From contig NC_086107.1 in the NCBI RefSeq assembly GCF_963921235.1, positions 93,188,001 to 93,252,000 on the forward strand: DNA of 64,000 nucleotides. The letters run 5' to 3'. Numbering within the stretch: position 1 is the first letter of the stretch; each line of letters opens with the position of its first letter. This document shows, piece by piece, positions 50,005-62,820 of this stretch. Source of the stretch: Mobula hypostoma (Eukaryota). The notes beneath the pieces are model-generated. The model searched no databases, had not been told where the DNA came from, and saw only the letters and a program-made list of their open reading frames with translations. The position numbers and the translations under genes were made by a program.

Positions 50005-50310
50005 GGGCGCATTGTGACACAGAGGTTAGCACATCGCTTTACAGTACCTGCTATAAGATTGAAGTTCAATTCCTACTGCTGTCTGTAAGGAGTTTATAGG
50101 TTCTCCCCAATATGGATGCTCTGGTTTCCTCCCACATTCCGAAGACGTACAGGTTAGGGTTAATCAGTTGTGGGCATTTTATGTTGGTGGTGGAAACGTG
50201 GCAACACTTGTAGGCTGCCCAGCATAACCCTCACTGATTTGATTTGATGTAAACAATGCATTTCACTGTATGTTTCAATATTTATGTGACAAATAAAGCT
50301 CACCTTTATC
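50005..50310 (+). mobile_element. V-SINE with a Rex-type tail
   Basis: AAGTTCAATTCC B box; TTTCACTGTATGTTTC..GTGACAAATAAAGC. Confidence 0.8.
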
Positions 50311-50329
50311 TTCTATCTTTAAAATAAAG

Positions 50330-50890
50330 AAATCTGTGAAAAAACATGCATAAACAAAGACTGACAAACAAAAGAGGGCACATTGCAAAAAAAACACATA
50401 GCACTGAGAACATGAGCTGTACAGACGTCTTGAAAGTGAGTCTGTAGGTCGTAGAATCAGTTCAGAGTTGAGGTAAGTGATGTTATCCATGTTAATTCAA
50501 GAGCCTGATGGTTGTAGGGTAATAACTGTTCCTGAACCTGGTGGTGTGGTTCCTAAGGCTTCTGCACCTCCTACCTGATGGTAGTAGCAAGAAGAGAGCA
50601 TGGCCTGGGGGTTACTGATGATGGGTGATGGATGCTGCTTTCTTGTGGTAACACTCCGTGTAGATGTGCTCTGTGGTGGGGAGGACTTTGCCTGAGATGG
50701 ACTGGGCTGTATCCATTGCTTTCTGCAGCCTTTTCCGTTCCTGGACATTGGTATTTAGATACCAGGCTGTGAGTCAACCATTCAGGATACTCTCCACTGT
50801 ACATCTATAGAGGTTGCCAAAGATTCCAGTGGTATGTGAATCCATGCAGACTTCAAAGAAAGTAGAGGGACTGTCATGCCTTCTTTATGG
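50330..50890 (-). mobile_element. Rex1/Babar LINE 3' fragment
   Basis: Homologous to 34000-34600. Confidence 0.8.
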
Positions 50891-51239
50891 TGCAGAAGCT
50901 CTCTACAGGGTGCCTTGTCAATGCTTAATCAAAGCTGACCAGCATGGGACCTTCCTGATGCAATAATGTCCACAGAGCCCAGTGCAGTAAAGGCAGGAGC
51001 AGAAAGATGTGGCCTGCTCACACAGCAGTTCAGACCTGCGCAATAAGGCCAAGAGGAACACAGGGCATTAACGCAGAGCGCCACAGAATAGCACGGATTA
51101 GCTGATTAGAGCAGAGCACAGGCCAAAGACAAAGTGATTCCGGGGATCTGTAAGAAGTGAAAAATGCATGGAACTTCACAACAGTCCAGAGGTAACAGAG
51201 AGACCCAGGGCAAGTTTTTCAGGTACCCAATCTATCAAT

Positions 51240-54200
51240 CAAGCTGAAAAGTAGGATCTCCATGGTTGCAATCTCTGGATAGCTGCCTGTACCACGCACC
51301 AGTGACAATAAGGATAGGTTGTTTTGTGCTCCCTTGGGGAAATTGAGAAACTGGTGTAGGGAGCAGGGATTCAGAATTCTGGATCATTGGGATCTCCTCT
51401 GGGGAAGGTATGACCTGAACAGAAAGGACGGGTTACACCTGGAGCCGAGGGAGACCAATATCCTTGCAGGTGGGTTTGCTAGAGCAGTTGGGGAGGGTTT
51501 AAATAATTTGGAAGGGGAATGGGAACAGGGGTGACTGGGCTGAGGATAGGGCTGTTAGTTTAAAACTAGAGTGTAGTGGGACTGTCAGGAAGGACAGTCA
51601 GAAGATGGGGCAAAATTGCAGTCAGTGGAAAAAGTTGCAATGTAAAAGGGGGACAGAATCAAAAAGGGTGATGAATACAGGACTGAAGGCATTTTATTTG
51701 AATGCATGCAGAATATGGAATAAGGCAGGCTATCTTATCTTGACATTGTGGGCATCACTGAAGTCATGGCTGAAAGAAGATTACAGTTGCAAGCTTAATA
51801 TCCAAGGAAACACATAGTATCAAAAGGACAGGCAGAGGGTGTTGCTGGTAAAAAAAATTAAATAAAATTTTTAGTAAGAGGTGACATGAGATCAGAAGAT
51901 GTAGAATCCTAGTGGGTAAAGTTAAGAAACTACAAGGGTAAAAAGACCCTGATGGGAGTTATATACAGGCCACTGAACCATAGCCAGGATGTGGGTTACA
52001 AATTAGAATGGGAGATAGAAAAGGCATGTCAAAGAACAATGTTACAATAGTCACAGGGAATTTCAATCTGCAGGTAGATTGGGAAAATCAGGTTGTTGCT
52101 GAATTGCAAGACAGGAAATTTGTAGAATATCTATGAGATAGCTTTTTTAGAGCAGCTTGTGATTGCGTCGATTCGGGGATCAGCTATTCTGGATTGGGTC
52201 TTGTGTAACGAACCAGATTTTATTAAGAGAGTTTAAGGTAAAGGAACTCTTAGGAGGTAGTGATCATAATATGATAGAATTCACCCTCTAATTTGAGAGG
52301 GAGAAGCTATAGTCATTATTACAGTGGAGTAAAGGGAATTACAGAGGCATGAGAGAGTAGTTGGCTAAAGTTGATTGGAAGGAGACACTAGCAGGGATGA
52401 TGGCAGAGCTGCAATGGCTGGAGTTTCTGGGAGCAATTTGGAAAGAATAGGATTCCAAAGAAGATGTATTCTAAATGCAGGATGACACATCCATGGCTGA
52501 CTAGGGAGGTCAAAGCCAAGGTAAAAGAGAGGGCATATAATAGAATGAAAATTAGAAGGAAGTTAGAAGATTGGGAAGCTTTTAAAAATCAACAAAAGGC
52601 AACTAAAAAGCCATAAGTGGGGAAAAGATGAAATGTAAACTAGCCAATAATCTCAAAGAGGATACCAATTTTTTTTCAGATATATGCAAGATATATGTTG
52701 CGTCTAGTGGCATGATCTCGGGGGTGGCTCCCCCTCCCCGAGCAAACTTTAGCATTCTTGTTTGGGTGGATGCTGCGTATTGTGTCCCCTGTGTAACATC
52801 AGTACCTCGAAATAACATTCAGTCCACAATGTGCGGTTAAATGATCAAGATTTTATATTTAAGTATGGGGTTAGTAGAGAAACAATAGTAAAGGAAATCA
52901 AATAAAAGGCACCAATAATCTCATAAACATGTCCAGTGCACAAACGTTGGAGCTCACAGATTCCCTTTCGCTGATCCTCCTTTGCCTGTCGACCCCTGGG
53001 CTCCCGCCCTAAACCCAGGCACAGCAGGTCCGGCAACCTTCTCCTCAAGCCACGTCTTCTCTCTTCATCCTCCTCACACCTTCTCCCCCAGGCCTGTGCA
53101 AACTATCAGCTTTCACACAGACAGAAAGAATAACATCTATCCCAATCGTTTAGCAAATGAATACAAGTTCCGTTATCACTAACTATAACCCAAACATACT
53201 GCTATAGAGGACAACTGTTAACAGCACAGGGAAGCCATTTTATTCACCTTAGCAATAATATAAAAGGAGAAATCCTTACATATATAAAGAGCAAAAGAGG
53301 TGAGTGTAGATATTGGGCTGCTGAAAATTAAAGCTGGAGAGATAGTAAGAAGGGATAAGGAAATGGCAGACAACTGAATAAGTATTTAGCACCAGTCTTC
53401 AGTTTGGAAGACACTAGCAGTACGCCAGAGGTTCAAGAGTATCAGAGTGCAGTTGCTATTACTAGGGAGAAGGTTCTTGGGAAACTTTGGCAGAAGGAAT
53501 AAAAGCATAGTTTATTTTCTAAACGAGGAGGAAATTCAAAACTCTGAGGTGCAAATGGACTCTTGCAGTATTCCCTAAAGATTAATTTGCAGGTTGAGTA
53601 GGTGGCGAGGAAGGCAAATGTGATGTTACCATTCATTTTGAGAAGACTAGAATATAAAAGCAAGAGTGTAGAGCTGAAGCTTTATAAGGCACTGGTGAGG
53701 CCTCACTTGGGGTGTTGTGAGCAGTCTTGGGTCTCTATTTTAGAAAGAAGTAGTGACATTGGAGAGGGTCCACAGGAGGTTCATGAAAAGGATTCTGGGA
53801 ATGGAAGTCTTATTGTATGAGGAGTGATTGATGGCTCTGGGCCATTGCTTGCTGAAATTTAGGAAAATAAGGGAGTATCTCATTGAAACCTATTGAATGG
53901 TGAAAGACTTAGATAGAGCAGATATGGAGAGGATGTTTCTTATGAAGGGAGAGTCTAGGACTAGAGGGCACAGCCACAGAATAGGGGGACATCCATTTAG
54001 AATGGAGTTGAGGAGGAATTTCTTTAGCCAGAGGGTGGTGAGTCTGTGGAATTTGTTGCCACAGTTGGCTTTGGAGGCCAAACCATTGAGTGTACGTAAG
54101 GCAGAGGTTAACTGGTTTTTGATTAGTCAGGGTGGGAAAGGTTACGGGGACAAGGTAGGAAAATGCGTTTAAGAGGGAAATGGATCAGCAGAGAACATTT

Positions 54201-54240
54201 GATGGGTGGAATACCTAATTCTTTTCCTATGTCTTATGGT
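51240..54240 (+). mobile_element. CR1 LINE (ORF1 end, APE, RT core deleted at ~53488), interrupted by a solo LTR
   Basis: GFRILDHWD..KDGLHL; FYLNACRIWNK; RRNFFSQRVVSLWNLLP; related to the element at 1-1985. Confidence 0.9.
52696..53280. mobile_element. Solo LTR (585 bp)
   Basis: TGTTG...TTACA termini with a 4-bp TATA TSD; cleanly interrupts CR1 ORF2. Confidence 0.8.
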
Positions 54241-55114
54241 CTCCTGATTTGTGGTCTGAAACACTTACACGATTTTCATCTCCACAGACGCTGCTTGACC
54301 TGCTATGCATTTTCAACATCTGTTTTAGTACATAGAACATAGAATGGTACAAGGACAGGCCCTTGATCCCACAATGTCTGTGCAGAAAATGGTGATAAGT
54401 TAAACGAAATCTCTTCTGCCTCTACATGATCCACATCCCCTCCGTACATCTCTGCATACTTGGGTGTCTATCTACCTTCCTCGAAAATGCTGTGATTGTT
54501 TCTGCTTTCACCATCATCCCTGGCAGCCCTTTTCAGACAGCCACCACTCCCTGTGTAAAAAAACTTGCCCCAAACATCTCCTTTAAACTTTTCCCCTCTC
54601 ACCTTAAATGCACACCTTCTAGTATTATTTGCTATTTTTATTATTATTATTATTATTAGTTATTTGCATTTACACAGCATTCCATCTTTCGCACATTGGT
54701 TGTTCCTAAGTCTTTGTATTTGACTTTCCATTGATTCTCTTCTATTTCTTTGCTCTACTGTGAACGCCCACAAAAATGAATCTCAGGGTAGTATATGGTG
54801 ACATTTACATTCTTCAGTAATAAGTTTACTTGATCTTTGAACTTTGACCTTTCTATCCTGGGGAGAATTATTCTAACTGCCTATTCTATGCTACTCATAA
54901 TTCTATAAACTTTGTTTTCGGGTCGCCTCTCAGCCTCTGAAACTCTAGAAGAACTTATTCAAAGCTCTCCTTAGAGCTAAACCTCTCCAATCCTGGTAAA
55001 TAAAACTCTTCTGCACCCTCTTGAAATGTTCCACTTGCCAGCACAGTGGGCCATAATTTAATCCAGCAAATGAAAGCCCACCCAGCTCAGGTCACGGTCT
55101 CCCGTACCGTCACT

Positions 55115-55370
55115 TTTATATAATTTGGAGATACAATGCAGACAGGCCCTTCCAGCCCAATGAGCAGCACCACCCAGCATCCCCACCTATCTAACCCTGA
55201 CGTAATCACAGGGCAATCTACAATGATCAATTAACCTACTAACCGGTACGTCTTTAGACTGTGGGAGGAAACCGGAGCACTCGAACGTAACCCAGGCACT
55301 CAAGGGAAGAACGTACAAACCTTCTCACAGAGGATGGGGGATTGAACCCCAAACTCCAACGCCCAAGCTG
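55115..55370 (-). mobile_element. V-SINE with a CR1-type tail
   Basis: TGTGGGAGGAAACCGGAGCAC; tail reads GGAAGGGCCTGT..TGTATCTC on the minus strand. Confidence 0.8.
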
Positions 55371-56299
55371 TGAGATGTTCCCACAACCAGTGGTCTCACT
55401 TTAAGGGCTCTTGATTTTGTTATCTCATGTTCTCCTTATTTATTGCTATTTATTTATATTTGCACTTGCACAGTTTGTTGTCTCCTGCGTTCTAGTTGAT
55501 CTTTAATTGATCCTGTTATAGTTACTATTCCCAAGTATGCCAGCTGGAAAAAGAATCTCAGGATTGTATGTGGTGACATTTATGTATTTTGATAATAAAA
55601 TTGTCTTTGAACCTTGAACTCTTTTAATACTGCCACTATTGTTATCACTTCTGGAGATCTTCCCTACACGCATTGACAACCCCTTGTCAGTCCAGATGAA
55701 GAGTCTCCAACTGAAGTGTCCTTCCTACTGAGCTCCACCAGCAAACTGTGCAATGGAGAGTCCTAGGGCAAAGTCCAGTGTTGGAGGCCCTGCATCTGCG
55801 AGTCTGAGACTCCAATGGCCATGGACTAGAGGCCCAGAGGCAGATTGTCTTGAACTTGGATGCTTGTCTCCCAGTAAAAATTCCTTTTCCAAAAGTTCCC
55901 ATCTGGAAAGCATTACACAGCAATTAAAACAAGAACTATGTCATCTTAAAAGTTTCTTTCCCCAGCCAGTTATTCTGATCAACCAGTCTAGTCAGCCCTC
56001 CACCCCCTCTATTACCCCATCACTGCCCTGGCTTGTAAACACTCAAACCCACGTTTTGTAAGGTTGTTTACATTGTAAAAACATGCCAGTATTTTACATA
56101 TCTGTATTTCAAACTTTATTTTGATATAATTCTTTGTAATTGTTGAATTGTGTTGATTCTTGTGCATGTCACACACTGGCCAACACACCATAGCAGATTC
56201 CTGATACATGTGAATGTGTGATGTGAATATAGTTGATCCTTGATCCTTATTTAAGGGAAGGGTGTGAAGGGGCCTGTTTTATTTTGTTGTCACTGAACC

Positions 56300-57110
56300 C
56301 AGTGGTGTGGTTCCATGATAACAACCTTGCTCCTCAATGTCAGCGAAACAAGAGAGCTGGTCATTGACTTCCGGAAGGTTGGGAGGTACACACGTTCCTG
56401 TCTACCTCCATGGTGTTGAGCTGGAGAGGGTTGAAAACTTTAAGTTCCTAGATGCCAACATCAAGTCCAACCAATAGACACCACGCCCAAGTGTTCCAGC
56501 ACCTCTACTTGCTCAAGAGGCCAAAGAAACTTGGCATGTACCCTTTTTAAGTTCACCGATTTTTATTGATGTACTATATAAAAAAAACATCCTATCCTGA
56601 TTCATGTCAGCTTGGTACGACAACTGATCTGCGTGTGACCCTAACAAACTTCAGAGAGTTGTGGGCACAGCTCAGCACATCACGGAGATGAGGTTCCCCT
56701 CTATGGATTCTGTCTGCATTTTGATAAAGCCTTGATAAAGCACCCAGCTTAATCAAAGACCCCACCCATCCGAAACATTCTCTCTTCTCCCCTCTCCCCT
56801 CAGGCAGAAAAATAAAAGCCTTCAAACATCACCAGGCTCAGGGACAGCTTTGTACCCATGTTATAAGACTATCTAATGGCCCCCTGTATGATAAGATGGG
56901 CGCTTGACCCTATCATGACCTTGCACCTTATTGCTGCCTGTATTGCACCTTCTTTGTAACTATTACACTCTATTCTGAATTCTGTTACTGTCTTACCTTG
57001 TTCTACCTCGACGCACTGTGTAATGATTTGATCTGTATGAACAATGTACAAGACAAGCTTTTCACTGTATCTCAGTACATGTGACAATAACAAACCAACA
57101 CCAATACCAT
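56300..57110 (+). mobile_element. Rex1/Babar LINE 3' part, decayed
   Basis: WFHDNNL.., FKFL.., IKDPTHPKHSLFSPLPSGR; (CCAAYA)n tail. Confidence 0.8.
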
Positions 57111-57284
57111 TACTAATACATTCTACAATAATTATTAAAGCAGAGATAGATAAAGATAGTGACACTTTGGAACTTTATTTATAATAATTAATGGGGCTGA
57201 CCTTTTATCTCTGAGTCTAAATAAAATCATCAATATGTGGAAGGCTCATTTATCTTGGAATTCATCTAACTTCACTCTTCACCC

Positions 57285-57495
57285 TAAACATGAGATTTTG
57301 AAGATGCTGGAAATCCAGAGCAACGCACACAAAGTGCTGGAGGAACTCAGCAGAGCAGGCAGCATCTATGGAGAGGAATAAGCAGTTGACTTTTTAGGAT
57401 GATGACAGGTTTTAGCCCAAAACGTCAACTGTTTATTTCCCTCCATTGATGCTGCCTGGCCTGTTGTGTTCCTCCGGCATTTCGTGTGGTTTGCT
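57285..57495. mobile_element. Penelope terminal fold-back pair
   Basis: Inverted GCTGGAGGAACTCAGCAG..GGCAGCATCTATGG arms around a decayed hammerhead. Confidence 0.7.
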
Positions 57496-57979
57496 TTCCA
57501 CCCTAAAATTGTCAGTCTCGCAGTTTACTAATCTCAGGCAGGAGGTACCATAATATTAGGACAAGGACTGTTAGGATTGGAAACAGCTTCTTTCCCTAGG
57601 CTATGAGACTACTGTACTGCCTGCCACCACTCGGGTCTCACCACGTGTGAAACATCAGTAGCGTTATACTGATTTACTTTTTAACTTGTGTCATAACCGC
57701 ACCTTATGCTAAAGGTCAATCTTCTGGAATATATTTTATTTATTTGTTAATTTATTTGTGGTAATATTTCTTTATGTATTGTGTGTGTGAATTTTATATA
57801 TATACTGTGTCAAGCACATTGGTCTGGAGAAACACTATTTTGTTTGGCGGTAAACGCATGGACGGCCGCACGAAAATAAACTTGACTTGAGTTTGGAGCA
57901 TTCCAGGCACGTGTTAGAAACTTGTGGATCTGAGTTCTAGTCCTGACATTCGTGCCTGGAAAACTAATCTGGCTAAGTA

Positions 57980-60065
57980 GGAAGGGTTGCCGTTTGTGAA
58001 AATTAATGATGCTGGGACTGATACAGTTGAGTTATAGAACAGAGGAACCTTGGCATTCAAGACCATAGTTTCCTGAAAGTGACATCACAGGTAGACAGTG
58101 CGGTGAAGAAGACTTTTTGCACACTGGCCTTTATCAGTCAGGACACTCAGTATAGAAGCTGAGTTGTTATGATCTAGTTGTACAAAACGTTGAGAAAGTC
58201 ATAGATCCTTCTTCCTGACAATTCCCTATCAGTCCCTTCTTCCCAAAGAAGGGTCTCAGCTCGAAACGTCAACTGTTTATTGACTTCCATAGATGCTGCC
58301 TGCCCTGCAGAGTTCCTCCAGCACTGAGTGTGTGTTGCTTTGGATTTCCAGCACCTGCAGAATTTCTCATGATTGGGATATTCTGTTCAGTTTTGGTCAC
58401 GCTGCTACAGGAAAGATTCTGTTAAGTTCAGAGGAGATTTACTAGGATGTTGTCTTGGACTCCAGGGACTGGTTTATAGGGAGAGGCCAGGACTGTATTC
58501 CTTGGAGCATGGTCAGGCTAGGACTGAATTACTTGGAATATACAGTAGGAGACAAGTGGGGTGACCTTCTAGAGGTGTATAAAATCATGAGGGGCGTAGA
58601 TACAGTAAAAGCACTCAGTCTTTTTGAATTGAACTAATGTTGTTACCATCATCACATGTACTGAGATACAGTGAAATTCTTGCTCTGCCTGCTGTTCAAC
58701 AGTGCACTGATGTAGTACATGGGAAAGCAGTAACAGAATGCAGAACAGATACAGAGAAAGTGCAGTGCAGATAGCCAAGGCCATAACAAGGCAGATTGTG
58801 AGGTCGAGAGTCCATATTATTGTACTAATCAAGAACGAGAGGACATAGCTTTAAGGTATAAGCACAAAAGATTTTGCAGATGCTGGAAATCCAAAGCACA
58901 CACACAAAATGCTAGAGGAACTCCTAAGTCAGGCAGCATCTATGGAAAGGAATAAATAGTTGACAATTTGTCCTGCTGAAGGGTCTCAGCCCAAAATGTC
59001 AGCTGTTTGTTCCTTTCTATGGATGATGCATGACCTACTGAGTTTCTCTAGCATTTTGTGTGTGTTGCTATAGGTTTGGGTGGCGGGGTGGCGATACATC
59101 TCTACCAAAGGAGGTGGAAGGCGCTCCTTTCCTCCACTAGCCACTAGCCTGCAGGTCACCATTGGGCAAGTTGTAGCACCTGATTAGCCAGCCGGATCAG
59201 GGTCATGTGAAGCCATGGGAGCAGGTGGTGGATGGTCGAATGAGCAGCTGGTGCATATCACGTCCTGGTTATGCGATCACTGACGCCAGGCAGACAATCT
59301 CTGAAGAGTATTGATAATGGCTGGGAGTCACCTGTCTTGAAAAGACACTCCCCAGAAGAAGGCAATGGCAAACCATTTCTGTAAAAAAATTTGCCAAGAA
59401 CAGTCATGATCATGGAGACCATGATCGCCTGCATACGACATGGCACATAAAGATGATGTCATATGGTACGGCATATAAGATGATGCTATAGGTTTAAAGG
59501 AGGAAGGTAGAGTTAATAGAAACTTGAGGGGCAACATTTTCTCCCAGGGAGTAATCAGTATGAAATGAGCTGCCTGAGGTGTGACGAGAGTCCTTGACGA
59601 GGACAGTTTGGAGCCAAATGCTGGAGTATCTATGGCTGGAGTATCGAGACACAGAATGAAACTGGATCAAGATCTGAGCACAAAACAAGACAATATCTCT
59701 GGTAGGGCTTACGGTTGAGCAGTGAGGCTCTGTCCTCTTGAAATACTCAATTCTTGGTGTCCAAAACATGATTGCCAATTGGTGGGATGGTCCTGAATCT
59801 TTACAGGGGCCGTGCCACCTATCCATGTTCTGGAGAGTTAGAACATCTAAACCCCGCAAGCTGGCATGGCTTGGTGTGTGTCATAACATGAGGAAGTGGT
59901 TGAGCCAGGTATATTAACGACATATAAAAGGCAGTTAGACAGGTGCATGAATATGGTGGAGAAGAATATGGACCAAACATGGGGAAATGGGATGAGGTTA
60001 GTTGGGAATCTTGGTCACCATGGAGCAGTTCACAGCCTATTTACGTGCTTTATGCCACTATGACT
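57980..60065 (+). mobile_element. CR1 3' region fragmented by nested Penelope (58200-58370, 58860-59069), Rex-tail (58625-58830) and RTE-like SINE inserts
   Basis: YSVQFWSRCYRKD; GDLLEVYKIMRG; colinear pieces resume after each insert. Confidence 0.75.
59078..59483 (+). mobile_element. RTE/Bov-A-like short retroelement with a 12-bp TSD
   Basis: TSD TGCTATAGGTTT at 59066-59077 and 59484-59495; GAAGAAGGCAATGGCAAACCA; (ATG)n-type tail. Confidence 0.85.
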
Positions 60066-60324
60066 TTAATCCAACACTTCTACAGAGTGCCACACTGTTA
60101 GAGTTGCAGTTGTCAACGAGATATTAAATAAAAGATGAACATTAAAGAACCCATGGACCCACTGTGAAGATGGGTTAGTGAGTTCTCCCTCATGAGCTGG
60201 CCCTTAAAATATTATCTGTTTACTATTAGACTGATGCTTGAGAAGACCTCCATTTTGTATTTTCTATATTAAAATCGATGCAAAAACCTCAAATCACTTC
60301 CGCCTCGGCAGAAACCCTGGAAGC

Positions 60325-60836
60325 TGGTGCGGTTCCTCTCAGACCCATAAGATTGAGACAGCCCTCCCATCCCAAACCCCGGTTTGTGTGGATGCTGTGT
60401 AATTTGCTACCCTGTTACAACTCAGTGCCAAGAAATAACAGACCACGCTGCCAATGATTAAACGAATTATATTTATGAATCTTAACTTAACTGAAGGGTT
60501 AGTAAAGAAAAGAAAGGAAAAAAAGGGCCCATTGTAATTAAACACAAGTTGGAGCTCAACTCTTCCAAAATTCATATTCACTGATCCTCAGTAGACCTCA
60601 GCACCTCGCTCCATCAAATCACGGTCCCCCACCGGGTCAAGTCCGAGACCGGTTCCCTCCAGCTCCCGCTGAGAAAGGACACCAACTCGCTCCGGTGTCA
60701 GGCACGCAACACCAAAACCCACTCCATTGATTGGACGGTTCACATTCCAAAGCACCCGTTATCTCTAACCATAACCCAAACATTTCTTCTACAGAAAGAC
60801 CATTGCGTTAGCAGTCAAACACTTCCCAAGGTTACA
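60325..60836. mobile_element. Solo LTR related to 52696-53280
   Basis: TG...TTACA; shares GTGGATGCTG, GAAATAACA, GGGTTAGTA, TTGGAGCTCA and ATAACCCAAACA blocks; no clear TSD. Confidence 0.65.
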
Positions 60837-61189
60837 CAAATAACTGCCCAAAACCAGTCCACCACCTGCAAAGCTGAGGCTGGCTCTATTTGTGGTAAAG
60901 GCTGGGCTAATGACCTGAATCTCTCTAAGGTGCATTGATGGAAATAGCAGGGACCCCAGCTTCCTGTGCCATTCTGTTTTCTGGTTTTGGACTCCTTGGA
61001 GTTCAGCAGTGGAACGCAAGTTTCCTGTTGTGTCCCAGCAGAGACACTGGGGTATCTGTGCACAGAAGCTAAGTCACATTAGAACCATTGAGGGCTTGCT
61101 GGTTCCAGGTAATTCAAAGAAGTGGAGCAGTTCCAAGGGACGTAGTAATTACACGTGAATTTACATTTAATTGCTAATTGTATTTAAGA

Positions 61190-61780
61190 CAATAAGGCCA
61201 CAAGACATAAAAGCAGAATTAGGCCATTCAGTTCATTGAGTCTGCTCCACTATTCCAGCATGGCTGATTTATTATCCCCCTCAATCTCATTCTCCTGCCT
61301 TCTCTTTGTAATTTTTGATGCCCTTACTAATCAAGAACCTATCAAACTCCGCTTTAAATAAACCCAATGACTTGACCCTCCACAGTCATCTGTGGCAATG
61401 AATTCCACAGATTCACCACCCTCTGGCTAAATGAATTCCGTCTCATCACTGTTCTAAAGGGATATTCCTCTATTCTGAGACCGTGCCCTCTGGTCTTAAA
61501 CCCCCCCCCCCCCACTACAGGAAACATCCTCTCCATGTCTCCTCTATTTGGACCTTTCAAAGGTTTCATTGACATTCCCCCCATTCTTCTAAAAGCGCCT
61601 CGTGCATTAACCCTTTCATTCCCAGGATTGTTCTTGTGAAATTCCTTTGGACCCTCTCCAACGCCAGAATATCCTTTGTAGATACGGGCTCAACAATGCT
61701 CACAAGTGCATTCTGACCAATGCCTTGTAAAGACGCAGCATTCCATCCTTGCATTTATATTCCAGACCTCCTGAATTGTA
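61190..61780 (-). mobile_element. CR1 3' fragment
   Basis: KTRGHGLRIE..RRNSFSQRVVNLWNSLPQ. Confidence 0.88.
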
Positions 61781-62089
61781 GACAAGTAGGAACAGGAAGA
61801 GGTTATTTGGCCCTTCCAGTCTGTCCTGCCACTCCTTGAGATCTTGGCTGATTGTCTAACTAAGCGTCATTTTCCTGCACGGTCTCTCCATTCCCAGAAA
61901 CCGATAAAGACATAAGCTTTCTTTGTCAGATGTACAGAAAAAGCATCAAAGCACACAGTGAAGCTGCCCTAGGAATCTCTGTTATGAATTAACTTAATGA
62001 CTCAGAGGGCAGAAAATTCCATGGATTTTCTGTTCTCAGACTAAAGAATCATCCTTTGTCATGGTCCTAGTAGGCCTAGACGCTGCCTC

Positions 62090-62522
62090 AGTTCTGCCAA
62101 CATATCTTGTGTGTGTGTCGCTCAGGATTTCCAGCATCTGCCGAATCTCGTGTGCGTAAGGTGACAAGTAGGTAGGGGAGGGGAGGGGATTGGGACTTGG
62201 ATACCGGGCAGGTAGATGAGCGATGGGGATAACCAGGAGCTGGAGGTCGATGACAATGGGTGATGGGGGCTGGATGGCAAGGGGGACAAAAATGGAACAA
62301 GTGGCCGAATATTGGAACGAGAGGGGGAAAGCAGAGAAGACTCTCTGAGGAGAGGGTTTACTACACTGGAAGTCTCAGTATTCATGCCACAGGTCTGTCG
62401 GCTATCCAGGCATGAGACCACGTGTTCCTTTAGTGTGCATTGAACCCCAGTCTGGCAGTGGAGAATGCCAAGGATGAACAGGGCAGTGGGGGGAATAGGA
62501 AGGAGAATTGAAATGGCAGACA
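62090..62522 (-). mobile_element. Penelope-like element: C-terminal endonuclease fragment, 3' UTR and inverted terminus
   Basis: ORF 62122-62523 ILGILHCQT..LKEHVVSCLDSRQTCGMN resembles the end of the PLE GIY-YIG domain. Confidence 0.65.
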
Positions 62523-62529
62523 ATATGGA

Positions 62530-62820
62530 TTAAAGATTAGCTGTACCTGTCACACGTACAGTGAAATGCGTCGTTTGGAGTCTTCGCCCGCGGCGTGCTG
62601 GGGGCAGCCTGCGAGTGTTACGTTGGCTTCTGGCGCCAACGTGGAGTGCAGACAGCTCACTAACCCTAACCCGCATGTCTTCGGAATGAGGGAGGAAACT
62701 GCAGCAGCCACAGCAGTCCCACGCAGACTTGGGCGAAGCTCCTGACAGACAACGGCGGGGAACCGAACCCTGTCCGGTGATCGCCAGCGCCCTAAGGCGG
62801 TATGCTCACTGCTGCTTCTT
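62530..62820 (-). mobile_element. V-SINE with a Rex-type tail
   Basis: (AAGATT)n tail, CAGTGAAATGCGTCGTT, CTAACCC..GAGGAAAC. Confidence 0.75.
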
